From contig QPMI01000017.1 in the NCBI GenBank assembly GCA_004431415.1, positions 372,001 to 436,000 of the forward strand: DNA of 64,000 bases, written 5' to 3'. The notes under the pieces are model-generated. The model searched no databases. It was not told the origin of the DNA and saw only the letters and a list, made by a program, of their open reading frames with translations. Each line of letters opens with the position of its first letter. The first letter of the stretch is position 1. The translations under genes were made by a program, and so were the position numbers. Shown in pieces: positions 56,301-64,000 of this stretch. Source of the DNA: Cyanophora paradoxa CCMP329 (Eukaryota; Plantae; Glaucophyta).

Positions 56301-57072
56301 GGCGCCGTCGGACGGGACGGCGGCCCGCGCGGCGTCGGCGGCGGTCGCCCGCGTCGGCTTCGCGGAGCCGGCGAAGGGCAGAAAGGGCAAGGCGGGCGCC
56401 GGAGAGGAGGGGCGGCGCTGGGGGCGGCTGGGGCGGGCGCGGGGGGCGGTGCGGCGGGCGGCGGAGTCGGTGCTGCGGGTGCTGGGGGCCGGGGCGGAGC
56501 GGGCGGGGGACGAGGAGGCGGCGCTGCTCGAGAGGGAGGACGGGGCGCTGCTGGGCGACGAGCGCGGGGAGAAGCAGCAGTACATCCGCCCCCACTTCGC
56601 CGCCGGCCGCCTCTACTGGTCCTCCATGCTCGACTCCTACCTCCACTCCGCCTTCTACAACCAGTGCGCCGCCGCGAGCCTCGAGCCCGAGCCTCGCTGC
56701 CCCGGCGAGCTCGAGCGGCCGCTGACTCTTCGACTTCGCAGCGAGCTGTTCGCGGTGGTGCGGCGGATCGTGAGCCCGGGAGAGGACGTGGCGCTGCGGC
56801 AGGTCCCCGTGCCGCCGGGCCTCGCGGGGGCCCCCTACGCCGAGCTCTTCGCCCAGCAGCTCGCCCTCCGCCGCCTGCCCATCGCCCTCTACCGCTCCCC
56901 CGCACCGCCTTTGGGCCCGGGCCAGGGCCCCGGGGGCCCGCCCGTCTCCGCCAACCCCCTCCCCTACGTCTACACCAACCCGCGCGCCGACGCCCCCGTC
57001 CGCCCCGGCGACCGCCTCTTCGTCCTCGAGCGCCGCCGGCCCCCGCGCACCCCGGGCCCCAGGCCTTCGTGA
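50305..57072 (+). CDS. BK/Slo-family potassium channel alpha subunit (6TM + RCK domains)
   Basis: S4-like LSFVRFLRITR, filter MSTVGYGDITP, RCK1 (PHI|IVCG, EFFHK, QYLVGTP, ACFLLANK, LLAKSCLAPGFAALIANL, EYGEGVNDEIY) and RCK2 (FVQGSPL, FAAGRLY, YVYTNP...DRLFVL). Confidence 0.9.
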
Positions 57073-58015
57073 TCTTATGATCAGCTGAGCTCGAGCAATG
57101 TATGTTAGGTGAGCTATGTTAGCTATTTCATTTTAAGGGTATTGAAGTTGCACAGTACTAGTCCGCACTGCGCATATGCATGCGGCAGCTCGCGATCGCG
57201 ATCTGCCCCGCCGGCGCCGGCGCCAGGGCGGCCCGGCGCGCCGGCCCGCCGGCGCCGGGCCGGGCGCCGGCGCCCGGGGGCCAGCGCTCGCTGCAGTTTG
57301 CAGGGCCCGGCCCGGCCGCGGGCGGCGCCGGCCGGGGGCCGTGGGAGCTTAATAAAGCTTCCGGGTCGCCTCATGATCAAGATCGCGCGATCAGCTGCCG
57401 CCGGCGCGCGGGCGCCGCGCCGCGGCGAGCCCCGCGACATCGATGTCCCCTCGCGATGCGGACCGATGTGCGCGCGCTGTCCTGCAGATGCGTGACGTCG
57501 CCCCTGGTTGGGGCGGGGTACAGCGCATGCACCTGTGAAGAAGCGATCCAGGCCCTTCATAGGAAGAGAAGCGTCACACCGGCCGCGCTTCCGCAGAGCA
57601 GAGTGAAGCTTAAGCTCTTCTAGTAGCTGGATCCGGCACTGCGACAGCGGCGCGCGCGCTGGCGGAGACCGCGGCACGGTGCAGCTGGATACGAACGCGC
57701 GAGCGCGTCCGGTTCTGGGGCGCTATCGACACAGGCGCCAGCCGGGCGTTCGATGCGATAGCAGCGGTAGGCGTGAGCTCTCGTGCAGCTCACGTCGAAA
57801 ACGCGACGCAGCAGCGGCCGCGTGACCGGGTCGCCTGCAGCTGTTCATTGCGGCCCGCTCCAGTGCCGATCGGGCCGTTGGATCCCCGGACGGCGCGGCG
57901 GTTTGCGCCCACGTGCACGGCGCCGGCCGCGGCCAGCTCAGCTTGTGGGCTCCCATCTGCTCGCCCGCCTTGCCCAGTCGCTGACTTCGCCGTCCCCGAG
58001 CCGCGCAGTCGAGCG

Positions 58016-61000
58016 ATGGATCTGGAGCGCCAGCAGGAGGACGTGGCCGCCTCGGCGGCCTCGATTGGGTTCGTCCTGGCGCCGGCCGACGACACCACTG
58101 CCTGGAAACACCGATTCGCCCCCGAGCAGCGCGCCCGGCAATGCGTCAGGTCCGTCTCATGCGCGCGGGCGCCTCGTCGGCGGGGCTGAGCTAGGACGTG
58201 GACGCCGCTTCTTGTTGCCAAAACCCGCACCGAGCCCATTAGCAGAAGGAGCCCCTCGCAGAGATCCCCCGACCCGCCGGGCCCCAAAAGATCGTTCCCT
58301 CCTTCCCACCGTTCCCCCCGTCCCTCTCGCGATCGCTCCCCTCCCCCCGCCGCGTCACCCCCCCCCCCCCCCCCCCCCCCCCTCCTCACGACCCCTCTCG
58401 CAGGTGCGGCGTGCGGTACGAGGTGGGCGACACGATCGGGGCTCTGTTCGAGGAGGCGGCCTGCGGGCGGCCGCCCGGCCTGCAGCCGCCCCCGCCCCGC
58501 TCCGACCCGCACCCCTACACGGCCGCCGCCTCCCCTCCCGCCGCCCCCTCCCCGCTCGACCACCCTCAGCCGGCGTCGGCGGCCTCGCAGCCGGCGGCGG
58601 CCTTCGATGCCGGGCCCGGCGCCTGCAGCGCGCCCCTCGTCCTGCGCAGCCGGTCGGACGCGGAGACCAAGTTCGGCGAGTTCGGGCGGGGCGGGGGCGC
58701 CAGGGAGGCCCGCCGGTACGCCCCCCTCAAGTTCCTCGGCGGGGGCGTCTCGGGCACCGCGTTCCTGGCGGCGTACCGGGGGCCCCCGCCCCTGGGGGAC
58801 GGCCCGCGGGAGCTCCGCCGCGTCGCCCTCAAGCGCTTCGCCTCCGGGCCGTGCGCCCCCTTCGAATTCCTGGGCTCTCGATCGTGAGCTTGGAGCCAAC
58901 TGGGGGCAGGGCGCGGGAGGAGGAGCACGCGTTCGAGCGGGGGGCGCTGGAGCAGCTGCGGCGGCTGCGCCTCTTCATGGTGCCGACCCTCTGGGACGAG
59001 CTCGAGCCGGGGCCCGGGCCCGGCCCCCACCGCCTCTTCGCCACCACCTACTTCGACGCCCCCAGGTGCCCCCTCCCTCGCCTCCCTCGAAGCGCGCCCG
59101 ATCCCGGGCCTGGGGCAGCGTGGACGAGGAGCTGAGGCGGGGCGGGGCCTTCTCGGCCGAGGAGGTCGCCTCCTTCCTCGAGCAGGCGCGCCCGCCCGGA
59201 CCGGAGAGAGGGGCCGGGCCGGACCTCTCGCGCCCTCTGACCTGACTCGGAGCGCTCAGATGTCGCTGCTCTTCTACCGCGTCCACGGGGAGGCGCGCCT
59301 GCTCCACTGCGACGTCTCCACCTCCAACCTCCTCGTCCGCCGCTTCCCCGACCGCCCCAAGCTCCCCCAGTCCGCCCCCGCGCGACTCCCCTGCGCTTCA
59401 GCTGTTTACACGCTTCGCGGCCGCAGGTTCGTTCTGATCGACTTCGCGAACGGGATCCGGAGGCGGGACGGGGAGGGGCCGGGCCCCCCTGCGGACCTGG
59501 GTCTCCCCGAGCGGCGCGAGTCGCGGGTCCACCCCCGCATCGCCCCCACCGAGATGGCGCGCGCGCGCTTCGCCTCCTCCTCCCGCCTCTGCTCGGCTCG
59601 GCTCACGGCCAGTGCGGGGCGGGCAGATGCGGGGCCGGGAGGTGGGGGCCCCTTATGACTTCTTCTTCGTCGGCTGCGTGGCCCTCCAGGTCCTCTTATA
59701 AAACTCTTATAGACTCTTATAAACTCTTAGCAAACTTTGACTTCGCTGTTAACTCGCGCGCTGCAGATGCTGACGGGGATCGACGCGCGGCACGACGACT
59801 ACGCCCGGCTGGACGCCCTCTTCGCGCAGGCGATGAGCGTCCCCGCCGCCGGCGACCTCCGCATCACCCGCATCGAGCGCTCCCTCCGCACCGTCCTCGC
59901 CCGCCTCATCCAGGCCCGCACCCGCCCGCTCCTTAGGCTTCCGCGACGGCATTCTGAAGCTTGCGAGCAGCCGTACCCGGAGCTGCGGCTGAAGTCGGCC
60001 GTTGAGCTCTGGTCCGAGCTGCGGGAGCACGGGTGGACGCCGACCCTCGCCGGCCGCGGTGCCCCCGCCCGCCCCATCGTCCCCGCCGCCGCTGCTCATA
60101 CAGCCCCACCGGCTTTCACTCTAATGGAGCCCCCGACGCTCACTCCGCTCGAAGGCCTAGCTTCGCTGCATGACCCCGGCCTGACCGCGGACCTCCGCCG
60201 CGCGCAGACTTCGTCGACGAGGAGGACCCGTTCGGGGTGCGGGTGCAGGTCCAGGCCATCCGCGCCGCCCTCGCCGCCGCCGGCGCCAAGGCGAGCAGCA
60301 GCCCCGGGCCGGCCTCGCCGGCGCTCGCCCCGTCCTTCCTGCTGCAGGGCGCCCCCTCGGCGGCGAGCGTCAGCTCCTCGATCACGGCCGCCGGCGCCGT
60401 CACGCGCGCCTCGAGCGTCGCCTCCCCCTCCCCCTCCTCCTCCTCCTCCTCCGAGGAGGAGGACGAGCAGGCGGCGGGGGGTACCGGCGTGCACGTCCGC
60501 GCCGTGCTCCACACGCCCTTCGAGCGCACGGACGAGTACCAGGTCGTCGAGCTCGCCCGCGCCATCGCCGGCCCCGTACGCCCCCGCCCCGCCCCGCCCC
60601 CTCACCTTCGCACGCCGCTCTGACGCCTCCTCAGGAGGCGTTGGGCTCGCGGGTGCCCTTCCCCGAGCCGCGGGTCTCGCGGGGGAGCACCGTCGTGGAG
60701 TTCCGGCTGCCGCGGGCGGCCGCCGCGCTGCTGGCCGCCCGCTGCGCCTCGGACGGGGCGGTCCTGGCCGGCCTCCGCGAGTGCGGGTTCACCGAGCTCG
60801 CCGTCCAGGGGCACCGCCCCGTCCGCGTCCAGAGCAAGCCCGGTCCGCCCCCTTAAGCTTCTTCCTTCCTCGAACCGTCGACTTCGTTTACGTTCCGCGC
60901 AGAGGCGAGCGAGGCGGCCCTCCCGCTCGTCTACTGGGGCCCCGCCTTCGTCCCCGCCGGCTTCGGGGAGGGGCCCCGCGGCGCGCCCCCCGGCTCCGAC

Positions 61001-61130
61001 CTCCTCGCCCTCATGCAGGTCGCCTCCCCCGATCGCGAGCCCGCCAAGCAGCCGCCCCCGCACGCCGCCGCCCCGGCGGCGCCGGCGCAGCCGCCGGAGT
61101 GATCGCGACTCCGAGGCTCCTTATAATTAG
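58016..61130 (+). CDS. Divergent protein kinase with unknown C-terminal region
   Basis: Gly loop FLGGGVSGTAF, VALKRF, catalytic loop LLHCDVSTSNLLV, LIDFA, IAPTE and YDFFFVGCVALQMLTG. 3' end is approximate. Confidence 0.72.
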
Positions 61131-63349
61131 TAATTTTGAGTTTGATGCATGATCGGTGATTTACAGCAGGACACTGAGGACAGTAGTAACGGTACCGCCG
61201 GCAATAGGCCCGGTAGCTTAATCCGGGCCAGTTTCGAATTCATTTATACGCCCGCTCTGCGCAAAACAAAAGCGGCGAAAAAGGTTTTTTCATGCGCACG
61301 GGTTCGATTAATATTTCGCATTCATGGTAAATATCATGCCGTAAAAAAGCGATTCGGAGCAGCTAGGTTTCGGAAGTGTACCCCACAGCGCAGCTCCGAC
61401 AACCGGCGGGCCGCATGATGCCCGCATCATGGGCCGATTCATGGCGGCATCCGCTCAGTGCGCTCACTGAGTCAATTGCAATTTGCAACCGCAGGGCCGC
61501 ATGCCCATGCATATACTGGGGGTATGCAGGCGGCACAGCTCACAGCCCGCGGAAAAAGGGGCGGTCCGACCGATGGATGACTATATGATGGCATACATAT
61601 GACAATTTTGAAAAGCATTGTTTAATTCTCCGGCTCTTGGTGAAATCAAAAAGTTTTAAGCGGCTGAGCTCACGTGCCGGCACGTGATTCACCTTCGTTC
61701 TCCGGCACTGGGTGCGTGGTGTAGCAGTACTTCACTTCGTTCGCCCAAACTTGCCGCCCGGCTAGCTCGCTCCGCTCGCTCCAGCGATCGGCCTCCGCGC
61801 TCTCCGCGTGCTCGAGACGCATGTGCGACGCTCTCGCTCGCTTGGCGCCGCCCGCCGCAGACAAACGCTCCTCGAAGACGATCCTGCCGCGCGCGTCTCG
61901 CGTCGACGCTTGCCGTGTGCTCCAGATGCATGTACTTAGCTATAGACGGACCGGGGCGACAGGCCTGGCGCTGGATCGGTCCCGGTAGTTCAAATCCGCG
62001 GTTTCCGCCCATCCGGCGCGGTTTCGCCGCCCCGGCGCCGCCCGTGTTCTTGTGTGCGTTTTCCCACTCTAATACATGCCTTAGAACGCCCTCACATGCC
62101 CAGAAGGAGTGCCGCCCACGCCCCGCCCGCGCGGTGAGGAACAGCGAGGTCCCTTGGACACGGGCGACATGGGCGAGCGCCACATCAAAGGGGGAGGGGC
62201 GTGGGGTGTTCTAGAGGCTACTAAACATACTTGCGCACGCCTCGGAATGCCGCTGCGTGTGATTCCCGCCCAGGGCCGCCGCCGAGGTGAAGGGCCGCGC
62301 CTGGGAGGTGGTGGTGGTCCATCAGACGGCGGCGAAATGGACGCAGAAGAGAGCGGAAAGGAAGTATAGCACCTGTACATCATGAATCGACGATGCGCGG
62401 CCGGCGGGCGAGCCCCCCGTCGTCGGGCGGCCGAGGACCAGGAAGTACTGCAGGCGCAGTTAGCTAGAGCATCCAGGCAAAATGTGCGAGCCACAAGCCG
62501 AACGCACGCGGCACTTCTCATGCCTGAGACGCATTGTCTGCGAGAGTGCGGGGCAAAACAGCTGGGGCAATCACATCAACTGCGCACGCACATTCATGGC
62601 AGGACGCGACTTCCAGGTGGCGCCAGCGCGGGCCAGACACTCACCAATCGAGTCATTAGCATCTGCAGATAGCTGCGAGCCATCGCTGGATGAGGCGCCT
62701 TGGATCTGCGCGGGTGCCGAAGTGCCGTCAGCAATGCATCAACTGCGCGCCCCGGAACCCGCCAGCTGTTTTGGCGCTATCACAGCCCGATGCGCAAGCA
62801 AGTGCACCATCAGTCGAAGCCACTGCACCTACTAGGGCTGGCACATTTTGTGCAGGACCTTTGAACTGACTTGAACGCTGCCGCCGCCTGGCGCTGCCTT
62901 TGCCGCTTCACTGAAGCTATCTGCCCCTAAGGAGGCTGCTGAAAGCCGGCAGGTCGCCCAGCTTGCTCCGCTGGCCCGCGTGCGCTGAGGGAGGAGTGGG
63001 TACGGTGCGCTTCGTTCACAACATGAAGTGCGAACGAAGGCCAGGAACCCCCAGGCGATCTTGAACAACCAATAACTCAAGCTCGCGGATACGCGATCTT
63101 GGCAAAAAGCTGGCAGATCCGGCAGCTAATAACTGATATTAAGCGCGCCTAGATGAAACCGCTAATTCTGCCATCGGTCCGAGGCTCGGTTCCCGCGGGC
63201 TGTGCAGGCCGCACAGCCGGCACTGGCCCGGCACTGGTAGCCAGTGGTAGGCCACTGGGCCAGCACTGCGCATGCCGCGCGCGGCATGCATGCAGTGCCA
63301 TGCACTGCCGCAGTGCGGCAGGCCGGCGCCTTTATATATAAATTATAAT

Positions 63350-63940
63350 TAGCTACCGGCCGCTCCGCTACCGTATAGTAGGCTCCGGCCGCTCCGCTAC
63401 CGTATAGCCAGGGTTCGCCGCCCAAAAATTTTGGAAAAAGAATGCAAAACTTTTTGCAAAACTTTTCAGAAAATGTTTGGTCCCCGTTTCGGCCCTCCAG
63501 AATTTTTGGAAAATTTTTGCACCCCACCCCCCTCATCCTCCGAAATTTATCGTTTGCGGCGACTAAGACGACGTTAAATGAAGATATAAACGACATAGAA
63601 GGCAATCTGAGGCTATTCTGAGCGTGGAAGGCGAGTTCTTGAGCTTCTGGCTCATGTTGGGGACTCCCCCCGGGAGGGGGGTACTTGGCCTTGAAACACG
63701 AGCAGGCGGGTTTCATGCGCAGATTGCAGCTCTCGCAAGCCTGCGATCGATAAACATAAGTTAAACAATGTTTAAGATCTAGACGTGTTTGAACGCGATT
63801 TGAAGCGTTTTAGACGACGGTTTCGATTCTTTCGGGGCAAAACTTTTCTAAAACTTTCGCAAAAATTTTACATACAAGGCAAAAATTTTTGCAAAAACTT
63901 TTGGACCCTCGGGGGACCCCCAAAAATTTTCCCATCCCTG
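63350..63940. repeat. AT-rich repetitive block (A-tract/T-tract units, 23-bp direct repeat); possible transposon subterminal region
   Basis: ccggccgctccgctaccgtatag occurs twice (about 63356-63407). Clusters of caaaa(a/c)tttt(t) occur at 63421-63550 and 63836-63931. Confidence 0.5.
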
Positions 63941-64000
63941 CGTATAGCTCGCAGGCCTAGGGCCCTAGGGGCCAGCATGCGCAGGGGCCCGGCCCCGCCC

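Noticed and set aside
61150-63150. Short ORFs (61689-62183, 62109-62369, 62832-63080)
   Set aside because: No recognisable motifs, weak GC3 bias, and no convincing exon chain.

Overview
This is a very GC-rich, gene-dense eukaryotic nuclear window with many short (about 50-90 nt) spliceosomal introns, often using GC-AG. The intron style and a transit-peptide-like N-terminus on ornithine carbamoyltransferase suggest an alga, possibly a glaucophyte such as Cyanophora (inference only). I reconstructed 15 spliced genes by hand: an FkbM-type methyltransferase (5' partial), ornithine carbamoyltransferase, a coiled-coil protein, a divergent TBP-like factor, a stand-alone histidine kinase, a probable organelle-targeted SSB of T7 gp2.5/giant-virus type, a protein with AP2-like repeats, a TmcB/TmcC-like membrane protein, gamma-tubulin, spastin, a PIWI-like Argonaute, an unusual Dicer-like protein, a YdfG-like SDR, a BK/Slo-type K+ channel and a divergent protein kinase. 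The standout is a head-to-head pair at 32.2-47.1 kb. One gene is a PIWI-type Argonaute with a substituted slicer tetrad. The other is a Dicer-like gene (platform-PAZ-connector, intact RNase IIIa, degenerate RNase IIIb) whose helicase is replaced by a bacterial primase-like TOPRIM domain, UIM-like repeats and a G-patch. Exon boundaries are manual, and homopolymer tracts probably contain some sequencing frameshifts.
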